A stretch of 58,229 bases of DNA. It comes from Kiritimatiellia bacterium (lineage in GTDB: Bacteria > Verrucomicrobiota > Kiritimatiellia > RFP12 > UBA1067). This document shows positions 1-8,156 of the stretch, in pieces. The first letter of the stretch is position 1; each line of letters starts with the position of its first letter. A model generated the notes under the pieces. It was not told where the DNA came from, did no database searches, and saw only the letters and a list, made by a program, of their open reading frames with translations. The stretch is from contig JAGBTH010000140.1 of the NCBI GenBank assembly GCA_017631385.1, positions 1-58,229 on the forward strand, given 5' to 3'. A program made the translations under genes and the position numbers.

Positions 1-91
1 AATAACCTGCCGATCCGGAAACCAAGCCGCTATGATCGCCAACCGGTATTAAGCGCTGACCTTTGACCTTATAGCGCAATGTTCTTCCCAC
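1..91 (-). CDS. 5' part of a small protein whose ORF runs off the left edge (about 106 aa if the window ends are joined)
   Basis: GGAGGT (99..104, minus) + 7 nt + GTG at 91. The frame MGRTLRYKVKGQRLIPVGDHSGLVSGSAGY stays open to position 1. It continues in frame into 58229..57995 if the shared terminal AATAA is overlapped. Confidence 0.4.
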   Translation of the reverse strand, partial: MGRTLRYKVKGQRLIPVGDHSGLVSGSAGY

Positions 92-114
92 TATGTATAC
101 CTCCGAATCTTAAT

Positions 115-202
115 TACTTTTTAAAAAATAACCCCCGGGGAAAAAATGAGGACCGCCGCGATTTGGGTAGGGGGTGCATTTTTCGTGACCCCCTCCCGTG
201 TC
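115..202 (-). other. GC-rich structured intergenic element at the arm-1/arm-2 boundary (terminator-like hairpin plus CCCCGGGG palindrome flanked by A/T runs)
   Basis: Minus strand reads GGGAGGGGGTCACGAAAAATGCACCCCCTACCC, an approximately 10-bp G/C stem. It is followed by TTTTTTCCCCGGGGGTTATTTTTT. This is a GC island in an otherwise AT-rich spacer. Confidence 0.4.
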
Positions 203-457
203 TCATTCCTCATCAGGGGTTTGTTTAGTTACTTTCTTGTACTTATTCAAGAAGTCGTATTTGATTATTTCATCAATAGCTCTTTCAATCTCTTCATCGC
301 ACTCCACTTGAGACATGTCGTCTTCAATGTTTGCGATTCTCATAAGAAGTGATGAACTATTGTGACCTTTTTCCATATCAAACTCATTCCAAAGGTCGAA
401 TTGTTCAAATGGATCAAAAGGATTGTCGAATGTTGTTAATGCACATTGCTTTGACAT
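203..457 (-). CDS. hypothetical acidic protein (84 aa)
   Basis: ORF abuts the upstream gene with a 3-nt gap and is co-oriented. No motif recognised. Confidence 0.55.
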   Translation of the reverse strand: MSKQCALTTFDNPFDPFEQFDLWNEFDMEKGHNSSSLLMRIANIEDDMSQVECDEEIERAIDEIIKYDFLNKYKKVTKQTPDEE

Positions 458-460
458 CTG

Positions 461-3235
461 TTAATTCGCTCCTTTCAAATAGTTGGATACAGTTGATGTA
501 GATACACCTAGGGCTTTAGCTATCTCCGTTAAGCTATAGTTAGAGTTACTCATAGCCTTAGCTTTAGCTATCTTAGCTGTACTAAGTGTAGTGGTAGCTT
601 TGGGGGTAGCTCTTGCTCTAAGGCTGTCCGCATCCGAGTATTTTAGTATCTTTTTAAGTGATTCTTCGCTAATAGCGCCTGCCTGTATTGCTTCCCACTC
701 TCTATCTGTTATAGTGATGGGGTTTCTTTTAGCTCCTACGGTATCGCGGTACTTGGTAAGAGCCTGTTGCTTAGCTTTCTTTATATCACCCTTTTTCATG
801 GTAGGATCTGAAGCAACTTTTTTATTAACATCAGAGGTGGCTAATAGCTGGGCCATTCTCTCACGTGGTGCGTTGAGCTCCGAATCATTAAGTTTGCTCA
901 TTAGATCATCTACTTCTTTCTTATAGATGGTCTTAGCAGAGGCCTTATATTCTATCTTACCTGCCCTCATCATTTCAACACGGGCCTGGTTAGCAAGGGA
1001 CTTCATTTTATTTGCATAGTCCGCGTAAGCTCTTTCCTGAGGGGTGTTAAAATCTGAAACGAGGGTGTAAGCATCATCAGTTTCGGCCATCTTCGTACTC
1101 TGCTGGTGTCTTTTCTTAGTAACAAGTGTTACCTCGCCGGTCTTTTTATTGACCTTTTTCTGCGTGTAGTATAAGTCATCAGCAGGGCTATATATTAGAG
1201 AACCTTCAGGTCTTGTCGGATCATACCAACTCTTACCCTCAATGTTTACTTTAGGCGAGCCTTGTCTCTTGTCGACCGACACCTGTGACTTGGCTCTAGA
1301 TATTAAGGTGGAAGCTCCACCAGAACCGTCGTCATCTTGGTGCTTCTGATATTTCTTTTTTAACGAAGCTATGTTGTTATCAATTTCACTTTGTTTATAG
1401 TCGAGCTTATGCTTCGCCGCGTCTATAACAACCATGCTATGACGAACGGCTGCTGCTAACTCGTCTGTTGAAGCACCCTTAAGGGTCATATCCGTAATAA
1501 GATTAGATATCTGTCCCATCTGAGACTGAGTGTTATCTTTTCCGGTTTTAGGATCCTTCATATATTTCATTCCGGGTCTTTCGGGATACTGCCCTTTTGG
1601 GTCGAAGCCTTCGAGACCTTTGAGTTTATCCGTAGAGGTTACTTTCACCTTTCCCGATTTGTCATGTGTGGGGATACACATAACGGTATCTCCGTCAAAG
1701 TCGGCACCGGATAATCTTTCAGCAACCTTAGCATTTATACATACGGCGTCGATCGGAGTTGTGCCGATTAACTTTTTACCCATAGGGTTTTTATTGTTTA
1801 CGGTACAAATAGGAATCTCAAACGTTCCACCATGAGGATATCTTACTAAGGCTAATTTAGTACCCTGCTCGTAACCGGGTGCATATATCTCGTTATCCTT
1901 TAATGTATTATTAGGGATAATAACATGATATTTCTGACCAGGAAGAGCGGCTGCTTGTAAGTGAGCGGCTGCTTTATCGCAATCCTCAGCAAACGAATTT
2001 AAGAAATGCTTTTTAACTGTTGGATTGTTAAGCGACATGATCTCATCATATTCTGCTGTTTTATCCACAACTGCTAAATTTAACTGTTTCTTAATCATCG
2101 GCATACTCTGCTTAGATAAGAACTGAGATGGTAATTTATCTTGCCACTCAGACCAGTCACCTTCTTCTGCTCTTTTATTAATAAGAGACAGTTGCTTATT
2201 ACCATCCTTATCGATGTAATAGCTTTGACCGTTTGCCTTAATGAGCGAGCCGAAGGGGTTGTCTGGATCGTTCTTTATATCTTTAAGAACATCCATCTTC
2301 GAGACGTTAGATTTCTTATTAGTGTTAAATATAACGTCGACGCCGTCGGGCATGTCGTCTGAATATACAGCCATACCCTTTATGTATTTAGTATCATCTA
2401 CTAATATACGAACCTGAGCGTAACGCTTACCTTCTCCTAAATATAAATCATCAACACCTCTTCTGATCTCGACAACGCCATCCTTATCGATACCGCCATC
2501 TTCTGCATACCTAATTTGAAGACGCTTAGAATCCATACTCTTAGGATATACAAATTTGTCAAACGATTCACCGCCGTCATGCGATGTATAGTCTTTTAAA
2601 GAATGAATATTATCGGGATTATATATCTCTTTATGCTCGGTGCCGGGAGGACACAGAACTTTAAGCGTTGTGTGTTTTCCAGCATTGGTAACCTGCTCGA
2701 TTCTTCCACCGTATACAGGATATCCTTCCAACTCCAGAATATTGAGCGCCTGGTTGAGTTTCTCCTTAGAAATATTAAGTTCTCTCTCAACGCCTGCTCC
2801 GACGTCAATCATACCTTTTTCTTTAACTCGTTCACGAAGAAAGTCGGCTGTCTCTTTCGCCTTGTTCATTCTTTCTTCCGATTTATCGTTAAACCAGGAT
2901 CTGACCGTCGATTCGTTAACGCCCATCTGTCTACCTATTTCGGTGTCATTAAGACCATCGGCTCTTAACGATTTCGCTCTAGCTACGTTTAAAGCTCTTC
3001 GCTCAGCTCTTGCCAAACCTTTTTCGGTTCGGTATTGAGTGGTGGTTAAACCAAACTCCTCTTTTATATTCTCAGGGGTCTCTTTCCAACCGGTCTTTTT
3101 TAATTCCTCAACACGAGACAGAAAGTCTCTAGATCTTTGATAAGGGTCTTCACCAGAACCCCAAGGATATCGACCAGAACGTTTAGGCATTCCGTAATGC
3201 ATTATCTCGTTCATTTCGTCCACAACGTGATTCAT
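461..3235 (-). CDS. putative single-subunit two-barrel RNA polymerase (YonO/RdRP-like) with N- and C-terminal HTH modules
   Basis: Motifs LALVRYPHGGTFEIPICTV, AERLSGADFDGDTVMCIPTHD, MGQISNLITDM and VVIDAAKHKLDY. Compare beta-prime RAPTLH...NADFDGDQMAVHVP and the RdRP DxDGD...AVDxxK signature. HTH-like LNDTEIGRQMGVNESTVRSWF and YSLTEIAKALGVSTSTVSNYLKG. RBS GAGGGGG upstream. Confidence 0.7.
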   Translation of the reverse strand: MNHVVDEMNEIMHYGMPKRSGRYPWGSGEDPYQRSRDFLSRVEELKKTGWKETPENIKEEFGLTTTQYRTEKGLARAERRALNVARAKSLRADGLNDTEIGRQMGVNESTVRSWFNDKSEERMNKAKETADFLRERVKEKGMIDVGAGVERELNISKEKLNQALNILELEGYPVYGGRIEQVTNAGKHTTLKVLCPPGTEHKEIYNPDNIHSLKDYTSHDGGESFDKFVYPKSMDSKRLQIRYAEDGGIDKDGVVEIRRGVDDLYLGEGKRYAQVRILVDDTKYIKGMAVYSDDMPDGVDVIFNTNKKSNVSKMDVLKDIKNDPDNPFGSLIKANGQSYYIDKDGNKQLSLINKRAEEGDWSEWQDKLPSQFLSKQSMPMIKKQLNLAVVDKTAEYDEIMSLNNPTVKKHFLNSFAEDCDKAAAHLQAAALPGQKYHVIIPNNTLKDNEIYAPGYEQGTKLALVRYPHGGTFEIPICTVNNKNPMGKKLIGTTPIDAVCINAKVAERLSGADFDGDTVMCIPTHDKSGKVKVTSTDKLKGLEGFDPKGQYPERPGMKYMKDPKTGKDNTQSQMGQISNLITDMTLKGASTDELAAAVRHSMVVIDAAKHKLDYKQSEIDNNIASLKKKYQKHQDDDGSGGASTLISRAKSQVSVDKRQGSPKVNIEGKSWYDPTRPEGSLIYSPADDLYYTQKKVNKKTGEVTLVTKKRHQQSTKMAETDDAYTLVSDFNTPQERAYADYANKMKSLANQARVEMMRAGKIEYKASAKTIYKKEVDDLMSKLNDSELNAPRERMAQLLATSDVNKKVASDPTMKKGDIKKAKQQALTKYRDTVGAKRNPITITDREWEAIQAGAISEESLKKILKYSDADSLRARATPKATTTLSTAKIAKAKAMSNSNYSLTEIAKALGVSTSTVSNYLKGAN

Positions 3236-3239
3236 GATG

Positions 3240-3800
3240 TTAAACCCCCTCGTAATCTATTTTGTCTAGCATTTTATCCAAATATACGATTCGATCCATG
3301 ACAGGTACGATCTCGTCTACAGTTGGATTGTGGTATAAAATTTTATCATTCTGATAGATTCTAAGTTCGATCTCTTTTAGATCAGAAGGTTTGATTTTAT
3401 ACTCCAAACAAAAAAGAGCAGTATATACTAATAGCTGCTCCATCTTGGCTGGTGTTTTACCAGTCTTTAAGTCATGTATTCTAAGTACACCATTTCTAAA
3501 AGAAATAGCGTCTGCTGTACCGAAGAATCTATCGGAATAATATAAGACGACTTCAGTGCTCATCTTAAATCCGATAGCGTCGTTTACATAAGCATACAGA
3601 GTCTTAGCCGACTTAGGCTGTTTGATACCCAAATCGATGGTGCTCTTAGCCCAAGCGTGAAGAATGGTTCCTCTTTCGGTGGCTTTCATTTCAGTATATG
3701 ATTGTACGACTTTATCGTCGTCATACCTCAGCCAGCTAGATTTACTTGCGCTAAACGGCGCGTGTAAGCCTTCGTATTGAGTATGTTTAATAAACTTCAT
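3240..3800 (-). CDS. PD-(D/E)XK family nuclease (RecB/Cas4-like fold, no Cys cluster)
   Basis: GTADAISF...LRIHDLKTGK (D...D-x-K) followed by QLLVYTALF (QxxxY). Confidence 0.65.
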   Translation of the reverse strand: MKFIKHTQYEGLHAPFSASKSSWLRYDDDKVVQSYTEMKATERGTILHAWAKSTIDLGIKQPKSAKTLYAYVNDAIGFKMSTEVVLYYSDRFFGTADAISFRNGVLRIHDLKTGKTPAKMEQLLVYTALFCLEYKIKPSDLKEIELRIYQNDKILYHNPTVDEIVPVMDRIVYLDKMLDKIDYEGV

Positions 3801-3812
3801 AAATATCTCCTT

Positions 3813-4115
3813 TTACTTAAATACTTTTTGAAGTTCTTTCAAAACCTCGTTTTTGTTCTCCGGATATATGAATCTAGAGAAAGACATTTTATTCAGTAGT
3901 TCAACATAGTCTTCTTGATTAGGCTGTCTCGCCGCGGTGGCATGTTTTTTACACTCTAAGATCGCCCACTTATTTTTAAACAAAATTAAAAGGTCAGGAA
4001 TTCCTTGAATATAACTAGAATCGAGTTTCATAATAAGACAACCCTTAAATAAGTTTGTTAACTCTTTTATGAGATTGTCCTGAAATCCGCTCTCTAGTCT
4101 AGAACTTCGAGCCAT
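3813..4115 (-). CDS. VRR-NUC domain nuclease
   Basis: GIPDLLILFKNKWAILECKK...QPNQEDYVELL matches the VRR-NUC PD..(D/E)xK core. It is the first gene behind the motif at 4194..4222. Confidence 0.7.
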   Translation of the reverse strand: MARSSRLESGFQDNLIKELTNLFKGCLIMKLDSSYIQGIPDLLILFKNKWAILECKKHATAARQPNQEDYVELLNKMSFSRFIYPENKNEVLKELQKVFK

Positions 4116-4193
4116 AAGCGAGCCTCCTCGGTAATTTAATAAATGTCAAAAGAAAAAGTAGTAAAGGCGTATCAAACGCTTTTAACATCTCTC

Positions 4194-4222
4194 TTCATAA
4201 CAGTCCATGTTTTTTTCGCGAA
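4194..4222 (-). promoter_or_regulatory. tripartite promoter-like motif, copy 1
   Basis: Minus strand: TTCGCG-AAAAAAACATGGACTGT-TATGAA. It lies between the terminator at 4234..4276 and the VRR-NUC gene. Confidence 0.6.
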
Positions 4223-4233
4223 TTTTGAGACAG

Positions 4234-4276
4234 CAAAAAATAAAAGAGAGTGTAAGTATTACTCACACCCTCTCTC
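4234..4276 (-). terminator. rho-independent terminator
   Basis: Minus strand: GAGAGGGTGTGAG-loop-CTTACACTCTCTT followed by TTTATTTTTT. Confidence 0.65.
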
Positions 4277-4279
4277 GTT

Positions 4280-4711
4280 TTACTTTAGTGTTTTCGAAAT
4301 GATCTCGCCATCCACATTGAAATCCAACAATACGGATTTTTCGTACCCGTTCACAAATCTTGAAGCGCCTCCCTCGGAAAGTCCGAAGTCTACATAATTG
4401 TCGCCGTTAGGATTATTTTCTTCATAAATCCAACCAACCACTTGTCCGGCTTTTGAGCGGGGAATACCCAACATGTCATAGACCTCGTTTAAGAATATAT
4501 GACCCACCGACTTCAGTTTATCGTTTGCATATCGTTCCTGAAGTTTGATGAACGCCAAATTCATTTCGCTATTGTCATTCCACATCGGACTACTCTCGTC
4601 AAAAAACCGTGCGTATTGGCTGTATGTTTTTACACCCTTTGCCTCAACCTGTTTGACATCAACCTTTACCGGTTCGTCACTTTCAATTTTGATCGTGATA
4701 ATAGTTTCCAT
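4280..4711 (-). CDS. paralogue containing only the C-terminal domain of the 17845/20459/21496 family
   Basis: IFLNEVYDMLGIPRSKAGQVVGWIYE...VDFGL...VLLDFNVDGEII is closely similar to the C-terminus of the 320-aa protein at 17845..18807. Confidence 0.65.
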   Translation of the reverse strand: METIITIKIESDEPVKVDVKQVEAKGVKTYSQYARFFDESSPMWNDNSEMNLAFIKLQERYANDKLKSVGHIFLNEVYDMLGIPRSKAGQVVGWIYEENNPNGDNYVDFGLSEGGASRFVNGYEKSVLLDFNVDGEIISKTLK

Positions 4712-5010
4712 AATATGTTCTCCTTTAAATATGTGATAGTGACCTTTCGGTCCATAAAAGGAGATGCTGGTAACGCGACTAAAATTTTGCCTAAAATTCG
4801 TCTTTGGTCATTTGCCCACTTTTATTTCTATATTATATATTTTTAAAATTTTTATTTTCACATAAAATAGGGAGAAAAAGTGGGTTTTTGACCAGAACTC
4901 AAATTTTTCTTCAAAAACACCTCAAAATGGGTCCAAAACAGCCCAAAAACGCCCTTTTTTAGCCTTTTTCGACCATTTTTCACGATTTTTCTCTGCCCAC
5001 TTTTATTTTC

Positions 5011-5033
5011 AAAAGTGACCAAAAGCCCACTTT
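5011..5033. repeat. 23-nt direct repeat, copy 1 (AAAAGTGACCAAAAGCCCACTTT)
   Basis: Identical to 5085..5107. Confidence 0.9.
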
Positions 5034-5084
5034 TTTTGACCAAAAACGGTCACCCTTGATCGAAACGCACACAAATGGTCAAAT

Positions 5085-5107
5085 AAAAGTGACCAAAAGC
5101 CCACTTT
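5085..5107. repeat. 23-nt direct repeat, copy 2 (AAAAGTGACCAAAAGCCCACTTT)
   Basis: Identical to 5011..5033. A partial third copy, AAAAGTGACCAC, lies at 5115..5126. Confidence 0.9.
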
Positions 5108-5132
5108 CCAAATCAAAAGTGACCACAAATTT

Positions 5133-5612
5133 TTACTTCCCGAACATGTAAATATCCCGGTTTCCGAGCTTCGTAGCCTCCGCTTCAAGCCAGAAATCGT
5201 CGTACTTACCTAACCTGTCACCATAGCCACGACTCGTCATAAATATCCTGTACCAATATCTCAAAGCGCTAGCGATAGTGAAGAATACCATTACCGGACC
5301 GTACATAGCGTTCTGTATAGAATGACCGAGCTCGTGTCTTTTGGTCGCGCCATTCGCGCCTCTGTGAGTTATGATAAACATACCTAAGCACAACCCGCCC
5401 CAATTGCGTCCGATCTCGAAATGCCAGCAGCCAGCATACTTCCTCGGTCTTTTACCGATCAGTAACAAACCAAGTGCAGCGATGGCTCCGACAATATTCA
5501 TGAGAAGACCCCATGTGAGATTGAGAGTATAATATACTCTACGGTACTCACTCGGCTTCACTGGTCTCGCCTTCGTCAGCGCTGTCTTTATTTTCTGAAT
5601 CAGATTTCTCAT
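5133..5612 (-). CDS. membrane protein with HExxH zincin motif
   Basis: Two or three hydrophobic segments plus TKRHELGHSIQNAMYGP. GGAG lies upstream of the ATG at 5612. The start overlaps the upstream gene by 65 nt, so it is uncertain. Confidence 0.55.
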   Translation of the reverse strand: MRNLIQKIKTALTKARPVKPSEYRRVYYTLNLTWGLLMNIVGAIAALGLLLIGKRPRKYAGCWHFEIGRNWGGLCLGMFIITHRGANGATKRHELGHSIQNAMYGPVMVFFTIASALRYWYRIFMTSRGYGDRLGKYDDFWLEAEATKLGNRDIYMFGK

Positions 5613-6183
5613 TGAACTTCGCTATCTCCTTTCCTAAATTAGCTACTGCTTTGATTGCCCTAGCCGTTGTGTTTGCAAGCGTGTCGGCTTCCGCGGAAAG
5701 CTTGCATATAGAATTTATATCCGAAGTTTTGAATCTATCGGGATATGCCTTCTTGTACAACTCGACGTCCTGCTCCTCGAACGCGGGCTTGTCGTTCCGC
5801 CCCTCGAAGACCTTAACGAGCTCTTTGTTCGAGTACGCCTCTACATACTCGCCGTTGATCTCGAGTTTATTGTAACCATCGACACAGATGTCTGTTTTGT
5901 GCGTTACGACTTCATCCTTATGGATATAAGAAACAGTATAAGCTCGTAAGGGAATGAACTCGAAAAGTCTCTTGACCGCGTAGGTATCAATAACGTACTT
6001 ATTACCATTGGCTTTTTCCTTAAATTCCAGAACCTTAACCTTAGCTTCGAGCTTATTATTGAGAATCTGAAGTGCTTTGACATCTGACGCGAGATCCCTA
6101 ACCTCGTTGATCAGATTAACGTTTGTAAGCTCGAGGGATCTGATACGTTCCTTTAACTTCTTATTAAACATCTTTTTTCTCAC
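5548..6183 (-). CDS. hypothetical coiled-coil protein (211 aa)
   Basis: Long ORF with a heptad-like N-terminus and an acidic C-terminal tail. Confidence 0.6.
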   Translation of the reverse strand: MRKKMFNKKLKERIRSLELTNVNLINEVRDLASDVKALQILNNKLEAKVKVLEFKEKANGNKYVIDTYAVKRLFEFIPLRAYTVSYIHKDEVVTHKTDICVDGYNKLEINGEYVEAYSNKELVKVFEGRNDKPAFEEQDVELYKKAYPDRFKTSDINSICKLSAEADTLANTTARAIKAVANLGKEIAKFNEKSDSENKDSADEGETSEAE

Positions 6184-6544
6184 TTTCTTTTATGTAATTT
6201 TTATAGAGTTCGAGATCGACCATAACGAGCTCGTTTTCCTGTACCTGATAGACTTCCAGAAGCTCGGGATTAGGACCGTCAAACCAGAATTCGAGGAATC
6301 GACCGTTTGCTACGGGTTTCACCCACTGTGAGGGTTTCGGTTGGATAGATACGGCGTGTAACTTGCGATCCCCGCCAATATAATTAACAACCCAGGTGTA
6401 TCGGTGTACGCAGGCGCGTCGGAAAGTATATAACTCGCCCTTGGCTTCGTTTTTGAATTCGAGAATATCGCATCTTTTCGATAAATAATCTACCCTACCG
6501 TGCAAGATCGCGATTTCCCGTAACAACTTTTTCTTAGTAATCAT
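6164..6544 (-). CDS. hypothetical protein (126 aa)
   Basis: ORF with GGAGGAG RBS. Its LEFKNEAKGELY segment echoes LEFKEKANGNKY of the next gene, suggesting weak paralogy. Confidence 0.6.
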   Translation of the reverse strand: MITKKKLLREIAILHGRVDYLSKRCDILEFKNEAKGELYTFRRACVHRYTWVVNYIGGDRKLHAVSIQPKPSQWVKPVANGRFLEFWFDGPNPELLEVYQVQENELVMVDLELYKNYIKESEKKDV

Positions 6545-6553
6545 ATCTCCTCC

Positions 6554-6814
6554 TTAAATATATAAATAGAATGTTGATGTGAGATTGATGAGATCGTCCG
6601 TACGGTTTATCGCCCTAACCTCGCGATCTTTTAAGTGCGGCTCGTTGTTTAAGAATGCCTCTGAAGCCGTCCGTACCATGTTGTATTTACCCGGGAAGAA
6701 GTGATAAACATCGCCGGTGTTTTCGTCTACGATATATACTTCAATGTTGTTGTTTCTAGGAAAATCCTCGCTAGAGCTGTTTTGAACGAGAGTGTCGATT
6801 ATCTTACTGTTCAT
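6554..6814 (-). CDS. hypothetical protein (86 aa)
   Basis: ORF whose start overlaps the stop of the upstream small ORF. Confidence 0.55.
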   Translation of the reverse strand: MNSKIIDTLVQNSSSEDFPRNNNIEVYIVDENTGDVYHFFPGKYNMVRTASEAFLNNEPHLKDREVRAINRTDDLINLTSTFYLYI

Positions 6815-6974
6815 TGTCTACTCCTCCGAACCAGGACTCGATGGACGCTCTCTGCTCGTCTGAGCACTCGCCGAAAATAACTTCGTCGGGTCGTTCGTCG
6901 ATAATATAATCCATGATCCACGCCTTCTGCTCGTCTGTAAGATCGTCGAATTTTATTACGGATTTGTTCTCCAT
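6804..6974 (-). CDS. small acidic protein (56 aa, below the ORF-track cutoff)
   Basis: AAAGAAAGGTAAAAAG-ATG. Translation: MENKSVIKFDDLTDEQKAWIMDYIIDERPDEVIFGECSDEQRASIESWFGGVDNEQ. It fills an otherwise empty 170-nt gap. Confidence 0.45.
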   Translation of the reverse strand: MENKSVIKFDDLTDEQKAWIMDYIIDERPDEVIFGECSDEQRASIESWFGGVDNEQ

Positions 6975-6990
6975 CTTTTTACCTTTCTTT

Positions 6991-7842
6991 TTAAATTAAA
7001 TATGGAACCTCTATGACCTCGCCACGATCGGTAACGATAGATTGCATTACCTCTCCAGAAATAGGATCGACAAATATATCATCGATGCCGCAATTGTTAT
7101 AGCGATAGTCGTCATAAATATTCCGCTCTTCTTCTAGGAACTCTTCCTCGAGTTCGTGTATAGTTTGGGTTCTAGTGAAACATCTACGACTCGTGTTGTT
7201 TGTCTCTTGTAAAGTGCGTAGAATATTCCACAGATCCGGGTGGTTGTAATATATGTGCTGTAGTTCACGCTTACTAGCGTTCGGACAGAAGAAACATCCG
7301 TTCCTGCCGGTTATCTTATAAATAGGAGAAAGTAATCCGGCCCGCTCGCAAATATCCATGGCGTCTTTTTCGGTGATACCGTACTTAGCCAATATGGATA
7401 CTTTGTTAGTTCCTTCGAGTCTCTTCAAGCGTTTTGGCTCGTCGGCGGCTATTCCAACGTACTGAATAAACTCGCCGTCTTGCTCGCTTAGATATTTTCG
7501 TATGGGCGGAATCTTACAGTCTCTATTAATATTACAAAGACCCGGTATGGGGAAACCACGTAGTAACCCCATCGTTGAACCTCTAACTCGTACCGTGTGA
7601 AAATCATCCCACATTGTTTTGTCCGATCGCAGCACAATTGTGTTCAGACCGTAGAGCTCTTTCAACTTTGGGATCGCTACGTTATATATGAAATCTCTGT
7701 GTTCGGGAAACTCGCCGCTAATCTGATCGGTAAACATTACCTCAGAATATATAACCGCGTCGATGGGTTCGCCGTGCTCTTTTGCTACAATTATCTGAGC
7801 CAAGCTATCCTTTCCGAAACTACAGCTTGCTATGTATTTCAT
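6991..7842 (-). CDS. PAPS-reductase-like PP-loop ATPase family protein
   Basis: N-terminal PP-loop SCSFGKDS and a C-terminal Cys pair, GRNGCFFCPN. Confidence 0.75.
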   Translation of the reverse strand: MKYIASCSFGKDSLAQIIVAKEHGEPIDAVIYSEVMFTDQISGEFPEHRDFIYNVAIPKLKELYGLNTIVLRSDKTMWDDFHTVRVRGSTMGLLRGFPIPGLCNINRDCKIPPIRKYLSEQDGEFIQYVGIAADEPKRLKRLEGTNKVSILAKYGITEKDAMDICERAGLLSPIYKITGRNGCFFCPNASKRELQHIYYNHPDLWNILRTLQETNNTSRRCFTRTQTIHELEEEFLEEERNIYDDYRYNNCGIDDIFVDPISGEVMQSIVTDRGEVIEVPYLI

Positions 7843-8156
7843 TCAGTGGGTTTGGGTTCGTTATAGCTTTTCCAGCTTATAGTGAGTATGAAACGGTAAA
7901 CCGGAGTAAACAACGTGTCCCTCGACTCTTGCGATTCCGCATCGACACAATACCCGTAATCTTTCAAACGTTTGATTATACTATAACCACACGTCTTATA
8001 ATCTTCCTCGGATAAGATATACCCGCATTCGTAATTACCGAGCTCGCACTCATGTTTTATACGGTCGCTTATTTCTTCGAGAAGCGTGTCGAGTTTTTCA
8101 TCGGCGTATTGATTGGCTAGCTCCTTAGCTTCCTTCGCGCTGAGTAGTCTGGTCAT
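7839..8156 (-). CDS. hypothetical protein (105 aa)
   Basis: 4-nt overlap coupling with the neighbouring genes. Confidence 0.55.
   Translation of the reverse strand: MTRLLSAKEAKELANQYADEKLDTLLEEISDRIKHECELGNYECGYILSEEDYKTCGYSIIKRLKDYGYCVDAESQESRDTLFTPVYRFILTISWKSYNEPKPTE

Larger units (their letters stand above)
4790..5130. repeat. iteron-like array in an AT-rich 420-bp intergenic region (candidate origin or operator array)
   Basis: GCCCAC(T)3-4 at 4814, 4995, 5025 and 5099, and inverted at 4878. GTGACC/GGTCA words at 4805, 4889, 5015, 5037/5049 (inverted pair), 5076, 5089 and 5119. AT tract at 4824..4865. Confidence 0.6.

Noticed and set aside
146-352. 68-aa plus-strand ORF at the left end
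   Set aside because: It overlaps the GC-rich hairpin and the minus-strand 84-aa gene, and nothing else in this arm is coded on the plus strand.
4858-5043. 61-aa minus-strand ORF inside the 4712..5132 gap
   Set aside because: Its Lys/Phe/Gly-rich translation comes from A/T runs and the repeat words, and it has no RBS. The region is better explained as an iteron or operator array.
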